DNA of 64,000 nt from the human T2T-CHM13v2.0 reference genome, Homo sapiens. The position numbers and the translations under genes are program-made. Position 1 is the stretch's first letter. The number at the start of each line of letters is the position of its first letter. The notes beneath the pieces were generated by a model, which did not search any database, was not told where the DNA came from, and was given only the letters and a program-made list of their open reading frames with translations. Positions 1-13,671 of the stretch are shown here, one piece after another. The stretch is taken from the NCBI RefSeq assembly GCF_009914755.1, contig NC_060935.1; one strand, written 5' to 3'.

Positions 1-135
1 GGGGGTGTTATTATTATTATTTCCATTTTACTGATAAGGAAATTATGACTCTGAGAAGTTCACTAACTTCCCCAAAGTGATACAATGTGCAAATGCCAGA
101 GCTGGGGCTAGAACCCAGCTTTGCCTCGCCTCAGA
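1..135 (-). mobile_element. MIR SINE fragment
   Basis: ccattttactgataaggaaa...taacttccccaaag resembles the reverse-complemented MIR core; boundaries approximate. Confidence 0.55.
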
Positions 136-3100
136 GCTGGGGGATGCACCTCCTACTCTACTGCAGAAACCCCATGGAAGACAAATAAAACCACAGAATA
201 TGGTTTTTCAGGCTGGGTACTTTTCCCAACCCTTCCTCCACCCCAACCGCATTCCAAACACACATTCCCACTCTCCTTCTCTCCTGGATGGAAATCCATT
301 CCACTCTCCCTGCCTCCTGAGATGGCCACTTCCCCAGGCCCCCTCTACTCCCTCCAGGAGCAACAGCCACAATGACAGCAGCCTTCCTGCACTCCTGGGC
401 CTCGGATCTTGCTGGAGCCAAGGACACAAGGTTCCCAGCAACTACAAATGGGTAGATTTAATTGATGAATTGACTGGGATTGTCCAGCCACCTGTCAGGG
501 CTGATGAAAAGGCAGATTTATAGCAAAAGGCAAGAAGCCTCATAGTTCTCCCACCCTGGGATGTGAGCTTCTGTCTTCTGAGTCTGGGGGAGCAGGGGAG
601 GATTAGACACACCATTCATTTCTGCGTATGGCTCTGACAGTGCATTGCCATCATGAAACATCACCCTCAGGTGTAAAACAATAGCATTTTGCACTTACAT
701 TGGGTTCATATTTTACCATCACAAGGCACCTGTCAGCTCAGAATGCAGAAACCCTTAAATCACCATTAATTTAGCCTCGCCCTGCCTGCCAAGGGAGTAA
801 GCAAATACATAAAGAGGAAACTGAGGCACAGACCAGCAAATACCTCAAATCTCTGCTATGTGCCACGCTGAAGACTGGGCACATGGGCAGCAGGTTAAGT
901 GGCCACAGAAGCAATGGGTGTGTTCAGAACTCCAGGGACAGAAGGGGGAGTAGTAGGAGCCTGGTGTCCTAACTCTGGCCTCACAGAGTCTGGTGCTGCC
1001 TCTACAGCAGGGGTTTCCCCACCTTCTCAGACTCATTTGAATCTTCAGAGCGGTGACAAAGCCCTAGCAAGCTCCCAGAGGAGCCCCAGACCCCTGCCTT
1101 GAAGTCTGACAGAACTACCTCCCCTCTGGGTGCTCACCCCTCACCTGCTGTGTGACCTCAGGCAAGCCGCTTAGCCCTCCTGAGCCTCCTTTACAAAAGG
1201 GCAGGATGTGATTGCACCATCTTAGCTGCCTCCCAGAGCTGCCAAGATGGTGGAATGGAATGGGGCAGTTCTTGATTCCCCATGAGGATGTTATAATATG
1301 CGAGATAGGGATTGTTCACTCTCCCTGAGGGGTCGAGGGTGCCTAAGGTTACTGCAGGGATGGAAGGGCACAGCTCCACCCTGCAGCTCTGCAGAATTCC
1401 AAGCCCTCTCCAAACCCTACTTCCTCTCGGCTGACTCCTGCACCCTTCAGTGTCCTCCTTCCCCAGTCATTTCTGATCCAGGGACCAGAGAAGACATTCA
1501 TTGCCTCAGGAGATATTTACCAAGCACCAGCCACGCGCTGCACCACAGTATCCCAGGTATGGTGGGAGGCATCAAAGACAAGGAGAATGGCTCCACCTTC
1601 CAGGAGCTTGTAAAGGACAGGGGGAGCAGGAAAGGGGGTTAAACAATAGCACCAGGCCATATGTGACCCGGGGGCTGAAAGCACTGATTTAGCCAGGAGC
1701 CATGGGGAGGGAAGGGGAAAGTTATTCAGCAGCCAGAGAAAAAGCGTTGGGAAGAGGTAGGAGCTGAGCTGAGCTGGAAGACCTGGATAGGTGGGGTGAC
1801 AAGGGGGGGCACTCCCAGAGAAGACAGCCCAACAACAGTGGGTGAGGCATGCATGTTGGGGGATGCTGTGGAAACCTTGCAGGCTGGAGCACTGGGTGGG
1901 TTTGGGGAGAAGAGCTGAAACCAGCTGGATTGAGGAGTTTGGGCCTCAGCGGTGGAAGACAGTTGGGGGTCGAAGGCAGTGGGGGATATGTGGAGGTTTG
2001 CAAGCTTAGGAAAGCAAGGTTTGAGGGTCCAGCAGTCCCCGACAGTGGTGCCTGAGGTTATCCAAGTTCTTGTAGTCCTTATGTCTAACTTCTGTGGCAT
2101 TTTGGCTGGACATCTATTTCCCTAAAGTCTTATTGGCCTAATGTTGTGGAGTCCCCAAAAGAAAGGAGACTCACATTTTGCAGCACCTTCTTGTGCCAGG
2201 CACCAGGTTTGACCATTTAATCCTCACACAAAGGTATGAGGTGGAGGGCCCATTAGTCTCATTTTAAGGGTGAGGAAAAGGAGGCTGAAGGAGTCGACAT
2301 CTTCTCCAAGATCCTACAGCCAGGAAGAGATGGAGTCAAAATTCAACCAGCTCCAAACCCGAGCTTTTTCCATCATGTTGTTGAGTTCAAAGTTTGGGCT
2401 CTGAAGAAGTTTCCCCTCATGCCTTCTCTCCAAGCTGGTCCCAATTTGGAAAGCAAATCCCCTGACAGAGATTCCTCCCTTCCCCTCCAATCCCAGCCAC
2501 TCCCCGCAGCTCTTTCTTCCCTCTGCAGACAGAACCAGGCATATTTACCGAAAGAAAGAAGAGGAGGGGGAACACTTCATAAATAAAGACAGAGACACTC
2601 AGATCAACAGCAAAGCTTCTTCTGGTCAAAGGGGGAAATGGATTTTTAATAGAAAATGGAAGTTATGGGCTTGGTTGTCATGTGACAGACGCCCAGACTT
2701 AAACCCATTTAATCTTCTCTGCCGTTTAACATTGAGCACCACCCCGATGCTGTGTTTCATAAAACAGGCTCCAAATTGCTAGGAGATTAGAAGTGTGGAA
2801 ATAGCACAGCAATATTTTTAAACCAGAAATCGCCCCCAGGCATTTGGGCTGCCTGCCCCCAGGGTCACCGCTGAAACCTAAGTATCCATTGCATCAACTC
2901 ACTCGCTCGCCCTCCACCGCTTGCTTGGGCATCAGGATTAGTTTTGCAAAGGGAACTCGAGCCCCGTGTATGTGACCCCCAGGGCTCCCACCCCACCTGC
3001 CTGTGTGGGATGGAAGTGTCTGTCTGCAGTGGGAGGAGCTGGCTGACTGAGGTTGCTCTGAGGTGTACACTGAATTACCCCCATGTCATCATCTGTAATC

Positions 3101-3489
3101 ATCGTAAAGGACAACCCGAGGGGACTGAAATATTAACACCTCGCCACCTCCACTGGGAGATGAGTCATTTTGTTCTCTTCCCTTACAATATTTACTCATC
3201 TCATTCACTGGACTTTTCATCCAGGAGTATCTGCCAGCACTGGGGCCCCTGCCACACCCCCTCAGAGACAGGCAAGATCCTTCAAGGGCAGCCTCACCCA
3301 GGCATGGCAACCATTCGTAGGAGAGGTCATGGGTCTTCAGGGGAGCAGGGGGCAGGGGACAGGAGGAATGGTCAGGACCAACCGGCCAGTAGGTATTCTC
3401 TCCCTTGCAAGGCCATTAGCTCCCCGAGGGCAGTGACTGTCTAGTCACCACTCTGTCTCCTGGGCACATACTAGGCACACAGTACAGTA

Positions 3490-3720
3490 GTGAAAAGCCC
3501 ACCCTCTGGTACCAGGCTCCCTGGGTTTGAATCCCTACTCTGTCACTTACAAGCAGTGTGTGTAACCCCAGGCAAGACTGCCTCACCTTTCTGTGCCTCA
3601 GTTTCCCCATCTATACAAAGGTGGTGACAATGTCTACCTCAAGGGTTGTTATGGTTGGACGAGTTAATATATATGAAGAGCTTGGGACAGTTTCTGCTTT
3701 ATGTAAGTGCCTGGCACCAC
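3490..3720 (+). mobile_element. MIR SINE
   Basis: ctgggtttgaatccc...ctgtgcctcagtttccccatctata MIR core. Confidence 0.7.
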
Positions 3721-3852
3721 CTAAGTATTTGTGGCTGTTGTTACAAGCATTATCATTATAGCAGGCAAGCAGTAAGTATTTGTGGGAAAAGTGAATCCTT
3801 GTGCAACAAATATTTACTGCTCACCTCTGATGATAATAATAATAACCTAAAA

Positions 3853-3970
3853 CCGTGGTTCTCAAACATCAGTATGCATAAGAATCACCTGGAGAGCTTG
3901 TTAAAAATGCAGAGCCTTAGATAACAGATTCACCAAGTCTGTCATAGGGCCAGAAATTCTATTTCTGAGA
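3853..3970. mobile_element. MER5-like hAT DNA transposon fragment
   Basis: gtggttctcaaac...agaatcacctggagagcttgttaaaaatgcaga is typical of MER5A. Confidence 0.6.
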
Positions 3971-4530
3971 CTGGTGTCCTCTGTCTATACTGAGAGTAAC
4001 AGTCCTTTGGAAAAGTAGATTTGCCATCCTGGACTTCTATACTTCCTTTCCCAACGACAGACAATTGTCATCTGCTTGGCTGACAAGACCCTACCACCAC
4101 ATTAATTAACTTAATTTGGAGATCAAGATAAGAAAACAACAGTGGTAGAATCAATAGCAACAGAGCATTGCAGTAGCCACACAGCTTTTGCTAATTCCCA
4201 GGCCTTACGCAGAGTTCTTCATGCAGATGTGAGCTGGAGAGGTTTCTTGGATTGATTTGCAAGGTTGATTACTTCACTGTATTTCCACACAAAGGTTTTC
4301 ATGGGAGATGTGTTATGTGCCCTCACTCTGATTGTTCTCATCCCAGAGTTGGAAAAATTGGTTCTAGAGAGGATCAACCAGTAGGGTGATCCTCCCACCG
4401 GCTCACCCACCAAGTCCATTCAAAACCCAGAGGAGGACCAGCCAGACGGTGTCTTGCTGCTTCACTAAAAACCCTTTATGTTGCATCTTGGAAACTGTCT
4501 GAGCCCAGACACTGGCAAGGAGAGGGTTGA

Positions 4531-5240
<710 letters not shown>

Positions 5241-8200
5241 CTTTATGCCAGGATGTGTGGCTCAGCAGGCACATGACAGGCTAGATTCAGACCATCCCCA
5301 TGGTGTGAGCACACTGTGGGGGGATTTTCTGACAAAAGAGATCAATTGGGGTATGATAATTCAGAATTACCTGGGAATCTCCCTGTCATTAGACATTCCA
5401 TCCCTCCCCCAACTAAACGCCAGCAGCTCCCCACCCTAGTCATTGAGATGACCAAAAAACGCTCCCCATTTCCAATCCCCATGCAAAGCACAGCTCAAGT
5501 GTCCTCCCTGTGTCCATCAGAAACATGGGTGGTTTTGCTGTTTGTTTTTAAGATTCTTAGCACAAACATGGTTTCTGTGACCAGCAACCAGAAACCTGCG
5601 AGGTCCAGTGGAGACGCAGCTATCCTTCAACCTCCAAGGCCCTGTGCCATCAGCTCCAGGAGAAGTTATGAGCAACAGCTGACTGTCGGACAGACTCTTT
5701 AATCTTCCAGCCCTTTCTAGACAGGGCCTGTCAAAGGAAGGTCCCTTATGGCCAAAATTTCTTTCCAGGGAGTCAGCTCAGACAGCACAGTTGTCCCCAG
5801 AGAATCCTAGATTTAGATTGTTAATGCTTGAGGGACTTAAGAGATTATTTTTTCCAATCTCCTCCATTCACAAGGCCTAGAGAGGTGGAGTCATCTACCC
5901 CAGGGACACAGCTCACCAGCATCCCAGCTGGGGCTACAGTGCTGTCTCCAGTGTTCTCTCAGTTCTGGCCACCCTGCTGTCAGAAAACTAGCCATTGTGG
6001 AACTCAGGAGCACCATGAAGCACCGAAACGATGTCATTCGAGGGTGTATCAGAGCAACTAGGGATGCTGCGTGTCCAGAGCAGGGGCCTCAGATGGGCAG
6101 GACATCTGCCTATCACAGTCGCAGGGCTGTCAAGTGGAAGAGGGCTTTGCCTTGCTCTATGTGGTCCAAGCGGTGACATCAGGACCAGTGAGTAGAAGGT
6201 CCAAGACCACAACAGGGTTTGACTCATTCTAAGGATGAGCTCTGTAATAGTCAGAGCTGTGTGGCCAGGAATGGGCTGCCTTGCAAGGAAGGAGTCCCTG
6301 TTGCAGGAAGTGCTAGTGAAGACAGAAAAAGACACTGGGTGGGAAAGCTGCAGAGGGAGTCAGCCTCTGATTAGGGGACAGATTCCACAGCCTTAAAGAT
6401 GCCTTCCAACCCTGCAAGACTTTTACCCAAGGTGATCACCTGAATCTCCCTCTCCCACCCCCAACGCAGGGGTCCTATCCTCTCTCATACCCCACGACTG
6501 CGGGAGGGTCACCCTAGTAGCAGGGTGTCCACCAGTCTCGACTCGGCAGAGTTTTCAGAGATTCCAGTGAATACTGTGACCTTAAATGAGGTCACATAAG
6601 ATGGGACTGTGCCTACTGCTCTTCCCACAAAAGACTGTGGATTCCCTGCAGGGAGAATGTCCCTTTGGGGGAGTTGGTCCAGAGGACTATGGACTACACT
6701 TGCATCTAAGAACCTTGGAGGGGAATGGGAGGAGGGAGAAGAGGTAGGCTTCCTCCCACTCCCACTACCACTGGGGCCTCAAGGGATCTGCCAAGTTTGC
6801 TCCAGGAAGACTATTGCCAGCCTGGCTGTGCCTCATCAGCTGTTCCCCATGATGCTGAAAAGCAAAGCTAGGAAAATTCTCCATATGTTGGGGCCCACGG
6901 AGGGGGAGACAGCCACAAACAGCTGTGAGACCTTCATCGTTCCTGTATGATGAAATGACAGTAATTATGCCTCACATTTCAGCAGAGCATTTATAAGGCT
7001 AAAACGGGTTTGCTGTGGTTTTTACATGTGTGTGTTCATATGTTGCCTCATTCTGTATACAAAGCACTGTCACATGATGTACATTTTTATGCCTCTTATT
7101 CTTATTTATGCACATATACAGTAACAACTGCTCTGTAGGATAGCCAGGACGGGGGTAATTTTGCCCATTTTACAGATTACGAAATAAAGGCACATGAACC
7201 ATTAGGCAACTTGCCCAGGTAAGACAGGCTGAGCTTTGTTTTTTAGGTCCATGGATAATGTTCTTTCCAACACACAGACACACATACACACATGCACGTG
7301 CAAACACACATGCATCTCTTTAGAATCAGTTTAATGGATATGCAACTAACTAGCATTTGAATAATTGTTGTTAATGAAGATGGTGACCTTGGAAACTGTT
7401 AGTGCAAGCATCATGTAGAGACAGGGCACAGGGAGTGGGGCAGGGCAGCTGAACGAATGAGGGGAGTAGCAGCTGGAGTGGCATGGGTGGTCCCCAAGGC
7501 TAATGCTGTTCACTCTAAAGCAGCACAGGACAAACATCTGTTTAACAAGGCACACAGGCTGTGGAGCCCACAGCCTCCCCAACATGTAGGATCCCACAGG
7601 CCATGGCCTGCCATAGGCAGCACTTGACCTCTGGGTTACATGCTGCTTCCCTGTGACAGACTAGGTCATGGAAGGAAGAGCAGTCCCAAGGTCACAGGCT
7701 GCCAAGAGTGTTCTCTATATGCAAAACTGCCTGAAAAATAGAGGTTCATCTCAGCAGGGAGAGACACAGAAATACATCCAGCAACAGTTATGAGGGCTCC
7801 CTCGCTTTGTGAGGAGTGCTTACGCAGGCTTTATGGCATGAACTCCAGAATAGTTCTTACTCTGGCCAACCGTGGTAGAGATTTAACAACCAACCCCAGC
7901 CTTCCTTTGGCAGATATGAGACCAACCTTTGCCTCACCTCAAATCTAAGTCTGGAGCCAACTTCAGCCCTCTTCATTTCCACTGATGGCCAGGGGAAGGA
8001 AGTGTGCTGGGCACCCCAGGGACACTCAGGTGACCACATGGCCTCAGCCATGTGGAGTCCTACATGCTATCCAGCTAGGTGACGGATGGAAGGAGTTGAC
8101 GTCCCCTGTCCTGGCCACTACTCTGTCTTTCTTATTGTTATAAAGTCTAAGCCAACTGGCTTGGCCAAAAATGTGGCTGATTAATTCAACTGCTTAGGGA

Positions 8201-11200
8201 AGGATCTGATGATGCATTCTGGAGAGGGGGCAGGGAGAGGAAGGTAGAGGCAATGCAGAGGAAAAAGTAGAGGTCTAATGTTTATTGAGCACTAACTATG
8301 TTCTGGCTACTTGATATGCATTATCTTCTTTAATCTCATTTCATAGCTGGAGAAAGTGGGGCTCAGAGAGGCCCAAAGTCACATGGCCAGTAAGTGCAGA
8401 GCCAGGATGTGAATGAAAGATTTGCCTTGACTCCAAATTTCTACCACACCAGTGGGTTGCAACCTTTCTTATTTTTCATTCTACTCCAATATATGAAATT
8501 GGATAATGAATAAAAGCTCTGGTTGAAGCTCTGCCCTCTGGCCCTCCCCCTCTCTACCTCTGTCCATCCCCTGAGGCTCCACCTCACCCCTTAGGCCTCC
8601 ATACCAAATCTCTTGGAAACCTCTGTGGGCTCTGGTGGGCCAGGCCCCTTCTGGATCAGTGGATATGCAGAAAAATAATCTGGGAAGGCTTTGGAGCTGC
8701 ACCTGCCATAGTAGTATCCTCTCAGGGCCCTGGAAATGCAGACAAAACCATTCCCGAGGCCACACTCCCACTGCAGCATCCCAGCTGGCTCGCTGGGAGG
8801 GGCCACTCAGCTCTCCTGAAGTGCTCACTCCTCAAGCATCACTCCAGGCTCTTGACACGCCCTTCCCTCAGTGACTGTAGTGCCTGTCCTCCCTCTGCCC
8901 CGCCATAACCAACCCACATACCTGAAGCTGCCCTAGGGGAGGTGGAATGAGAAGCTGGTGCTATATCTTTCATCTCTCTGAAGCCACGACCACCTCCCAG
9001 GCTAGGTGGTGACAAACCAGGAGGGTGAAAGAGCATTCTGCCTCACTTCACACCCCCATGCCATCAGCAACTACCTCACTACCTGCTGATGGCAGCCCTA
9101 GGCACCCAGCTCCCTGCATTCTAGGGGTGCACCCACCAGGAATCTAATGCGGGCCCTGGATTTCTATAGCTAGTTTGCCCCTCTCTTCACCCTCTTCTTC
9201 CTGCACCATGAGAGGAGCAACCCACATCCCAAGTTTGGTCTACCTTACGGTGTCTTGGCCCATTGCTACCCATCCTACCCCAATATCCCCAGTGCCACTG
9301 TCTGTCCTTGGATAGGGGTGGTGGGAGCTCTGGGGCTGCCTTGCCAGATGGTGAAGCCAGTGCTGAGCACTGGAGGCACATATGGAGGCAACAAAATGTA
9401 GGAGACAGAAGCATTACCAACAGCAGTCCTTCTCCCAGCTCCTTCCCCACCCCCTTCCATGCAAGGAGGAAGCCAATGACTGGCTGCTACTGAGGTTGAG
9501 GTCAAGATGCTACTCACAGAGGGCACAGCTTTTGGCCTGGCTAGGTGAGCATGCAAATCCATATGCAGATTATATGCAAATCTGGGGTGTGCCCTTGGGT
9601 TCCTGGCACCCTGCCATCGCTGCTGCCTGTAGCTCACCCTATTCATGCACCTGGGTACCCGCTAGAATCGACTGGGCTGGGAGCTGAGAAAGTGCTTCAG
9701 GAACTAGGGGATCTTCTCTTGACTACTTCAGAGGTCCCCCAGAAAACAACTCCTCCAAGATCACGGAGGAGGGAAGAAGCTCGCAGCCTGGAACTCGTAT
9801 CCCTGCAGAAAAACTCTCTGAGCATCTGCCCTCCCCTCTCTTCATCTACAATTAAATCATCCTTCACCAGCCAGAGCAGGGTACCAAGCAAGTGGCAAGT
9901 GGCAAGGATGTGTCTTCTCTAAGACACAGAGAAGGTCAGGAAGGCTTGAGGTCTGCATCCCTCTGTCATAGGCTAACAGTCCATGGGGTGCTCTGGACAG
10001 ACCTTGACCCTGTGTCTGGGGGCTCCTAGCCAGCCTGTTTGGGGCCTGCTTCCCTACCAAGCTCTCCCTGGGCCAAAGCCCTGTCTGCTTGCTCACATCC
10101 TCTCTGATCCTCATCCTAAGAAAACTAAGCCTCTCTGTCCAGTCCCCCGGGATCTGTTCAACTTAAGCGCCGCCTTTGGGTCTACTGCTTACTTGTTTTT
10201 TGTTTCTAATTAGCTCCCCCATTCTACTGCAGAAATATATTAAAGGCAGCTGGCTTTGATGCCCAGAAAAACGAAGCGTCGGAAAGGCTTGTCGGGCATC
10301 ATGGCCCTGCCAATCTCCCTCATGTTATTCTAGCAACCGGGGTCTCTCTGCCACTCAGCCCCTCCCCAGTATTCACTGGCCCTTCGCCTGCCTCCCCTAA
10401 GTTGCGTTTGCCATTTCAAGATTTTAAAAACACATTTCCCCATTGCCCCCCCCCCTTTTTTTAATTAGACACTGAACAGAATGTTGGAGATTTTCTTAAT
10501 GCCCTGACGAAGGCTTTTAATTTGGTCTTCCCAAGAGAGAAGAACCATGAGTCCCCATCGGAGAAGTTGGGGTGGGAAATGAAAAAATCAATGCAATCCA
10601 TTATTTTGGCTTTTAGAAAACAGGAATTTTAGTGCCGGGGAAGCTTGTTCTTTTACACAGTAAAAATGCAAATGCAGGCAACACAGATGCTGGCACGCTG
10701 GATGGAACAACGGAGAGCGCCTCGCCGGGGTTCATCCGGCTGCCTAAACCTGGATTTGTTTTGGCAATAATAAGGCAGTTATTGGAGACTCGATAACCGA
10801 TGATTAAAACACCTTCCCAGTTTAGTTCTGGGGAATCAGTCTGAGCTCAGGCATCATAAAAAAAAGGTATTTTGAGAGGAATGGAAATAACAGAAGCTTA
10901 AAACACATTCAATAACTGCTTAATTCCATCCAAAGGATGCTCCATCTCATCCTGTTTTCTTCTCTCTCTCCCTGCCTCCTCCCGCTCCTCACAGATGGAC
11001 GTACAAATTATTGCAAGAGGATATTGTTTTCTGTAACAGGCTCGAACATTCACATTTACATTTTCCTTGGTGCCGCGGGGGTGACTGGCAACGGGAGAGA
11101 AAATACTCCAAACCCCATCTTTCTTGCTGTCTCCGCATCACATCTTCCCCCAAGCCGCCTCTGCCACCCCCTACCACGCCACCCCAAGCAGAACAGGCCC

Positions 11201-13445
11201 CAGGGACCAGCCTGGCACCTAAGACCCAATTAAGGCACCAAGGAAAAGAAAAGCCTGTCTGGCGAGGCACCCTGGCGCCCAACAGACAGACGCTGGAGCC
11301 TCTGAATCGCAGGGGCACCGGGCTCTGCAGACCCAAAGGCCACCGAGGAGCCGCCACAACTGGCATCTCCAGCCCGCCTACAGGTCCAAGGCCACTGGCA
11401 ACTTCCATCTCGAGTTGGACAAGATTTTGCCCCTTGGCTGTCCTGTTGCCTTCTGGGCCTTTCTCCACCCCCAACCCCATCTGCTCCCGCCCTATCAAAT
11501 AGCTCGGCTTCATTTATTAATGCCAGGCTCCTGGAAGGGGGAGGGGAGTGTCCTTCAGGTATTTGCTGAGGGGCCTCCTGCACTCCCCGGGAATGGGCTG
11601 TCCTGGAAGATGTCTCCAGAGAGTGTTGTGGAGGCATGGGGGAGTTGGGGACAAAGCCGGGCTAGAGTGTGGCAGCGGCTTCGGCCTGTGCTTTCTCGCC
11701 TGACAAATTGCGAAAGGGGATGGGGGTTGGAGAGAGAACTATCGAGAGAGAAAGCCGCTCCTCACCTTATGTATTTTTAATATTAATGTAATTAAAGCTG
11801 CGAGCCGAGCCAGCCTGCGGGGGCGGAGGGAGGCAGGAAGAACCTGGGGAGAGGGAGACTGGGGTTCGGGGGTGGGGCTTGAACAGGAGGCAGGCTTCTT
11901 GCTCTGCTAAGGTAGGATGAAGGAGTGCGATGCGGGGGGCAAGGGGTTAAACAGCAGAGACCAGCCTTGGTGTGTAACCCGGGGGACCCCACTGGGCCTG
12001 AGAAACTCAACTACTTTGTCGACGATTTTTGAGGCCACCCTTCCTTGTCCCGCAATCCGATCGCCTAGTAAATGCCAGCAGTATCTGGGCCTTGAGTCTG
12101 GCTTTGACCCGGCAGTATCTACAAATAAGGGTTATCCTCTTTCCCCCAACCCACGATGTATCGCAGTGGGCTCCGGCAGGCTGCAGACTCCAGACCCCTG
12201 GAGCACCGGCAGGGCAGGGTTGGACCCCTCCCCGGGTGGCAACCCTCCACTGGAGTGCCCTTCCTCATCGTCTTGGGGTTAAGAGTTGCCGCCCGGCCAG
12301 GGCAACAGCCAGGGCAAAGGGAGAGAGAAGCCGCCCCGGGGCGAGAAGGAGAAAAGTTAGAGGGCTGAACAGGTGACGCTGAGCTTGTTGGAGCGTGTGT
12401 GCTCCACCGCGCAAGGGCGCGGAGTTCGGCCGCCTCATCTCCCGCCATCTGCGCGCCCGGGGGCACGTCCTCTGCGATAGCCTGGAACCCAGACTACCTG
12501 CGCCTGCCTGGTCCCGACTCAGTGCCCAGGTGGCTTCAGTCGGAAATGTCTGCCCTCTTCCAACCTCCCGATCCCGGCTGCCTCGCGGATCAGGTACGCA
12601 GCGCCCCAGCCGCAGGTCTGGACATGCCGGACACCTGGACCCACCCCTAGCAACCCCCTCTCTCCGGGAAGAGGGACACGCCCCCCAGCCTGAAGACTTG
12701 TCCCCAGGTCCAACTGGCCAGGCGCGGAAGCGGAGAATCTCGCATCTTGGGGCGCGCTGCCCGAGGTGGCCACGGTGGCGCACCAAGCCGGGGCTAAAGC
12801 CGGGGCAGAGGGGTGGGGTAGGGCCGGGGGAGGGTGACCTCTGGGTTTGGAGAACAAACTTGCTATCCGAGGGACCTCCAGCTCTCGGGACTCTCACTAT
12901 CCCCACCCTGCCTCCAGCCAATGCGCGGATAAGCGCCATGCGGTGCGCCAACATTCGCGCCAGGGCTGGGGTCCGCGGCGGGAGAGGGACGCACGGACAT
13001 AGCGGAGGAATCAGCCGCCGAGTCCGAGGCCTGAATAAGCAAGGACTCCTAGGTCAAGAGTCACGGCCTGAGGACCCCTCGACTCGGAGGGCACTCCGGG
13101 GTCCCAGTGCCACCAAGCCGCAGGAAGAGGGCAAGGGGCTGGGGGAGGGGTCCAGGGCAGAACTGCCGCCGTGCAGGGAGCAGGGAGATGAGGGGCTCCT
13201 TTGCCACCACCCCTACGGGCGCGCCCCAAAACGGCAGACGCGGGTGGCTGGCGGAGCGGTCGGGGGCTGACTCTCACTCGGCCCCTGTCAGGGTGCCTGC
13301 CCCTCCCCGCTGCGCCCCACCCGGGGCCTTGCACCCCGGTCGGTTCCCCCACGCACCTGGAGCCCGCCGGGCACCCCGCCTCGCCGCCAGCCGCGCCACC
13401 CTGGCCCCGCCGCCTCCGCCGCCCAGCCGCCCGCGCAGGTCTCAC

Positions 13446-13491
13446 CTTTGTGTAAAGAGTCCAGGAGCAGGAGGAAAGTTACCAGCCACAT
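13446..13491 (-). CDS. DSCAML1: DSCAML1 first coding exon, signal peptide MWLVTFLLLLDSLHK+1 nt; intron 1 runs off the left edge
   Basis: ATG at 13491-13489; peptide recognised as the DSCAML1 N-terminus; donor AAG|GTGAGA at 13446/13445, phase 1. Confidence 0.93.
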
Positions 13492-13671
13492 GCCATAAAG
13501 AGGCCCTATTCTCCGGGGAGGTGGTCCTGTGGCCGGCCGTGCGGCAGCGCCTCTCCCCCGCTCAGCGCGCTCCCAGCCGCCCGCACTCGGCGCCCCGCTC
13601 TCTCTGCTCCTCAGCCCAGCGCTCGGCTGCGGCGGCGGCTCCTCCCTCCTCGGCTCCCCGGCTCCTGTCAT
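13492..13671 (-). other. DSCAML1: DSCAML1 5' UTR or possible 60-aa in-frame N-terminal extension (MTGAGEPRREE...)
   Basis: In-frame ATG at 13671, 180 nt upstream, with no intervening stop. Confidence 0.6.

Noticed and set aside
12265-13445. Long overlapping ORFs (229-291 aa) in the CpG island
   Set aside because: GC-rich sequence is stop-poor in all frames; no recognisable domain; intronic to DSCAML1
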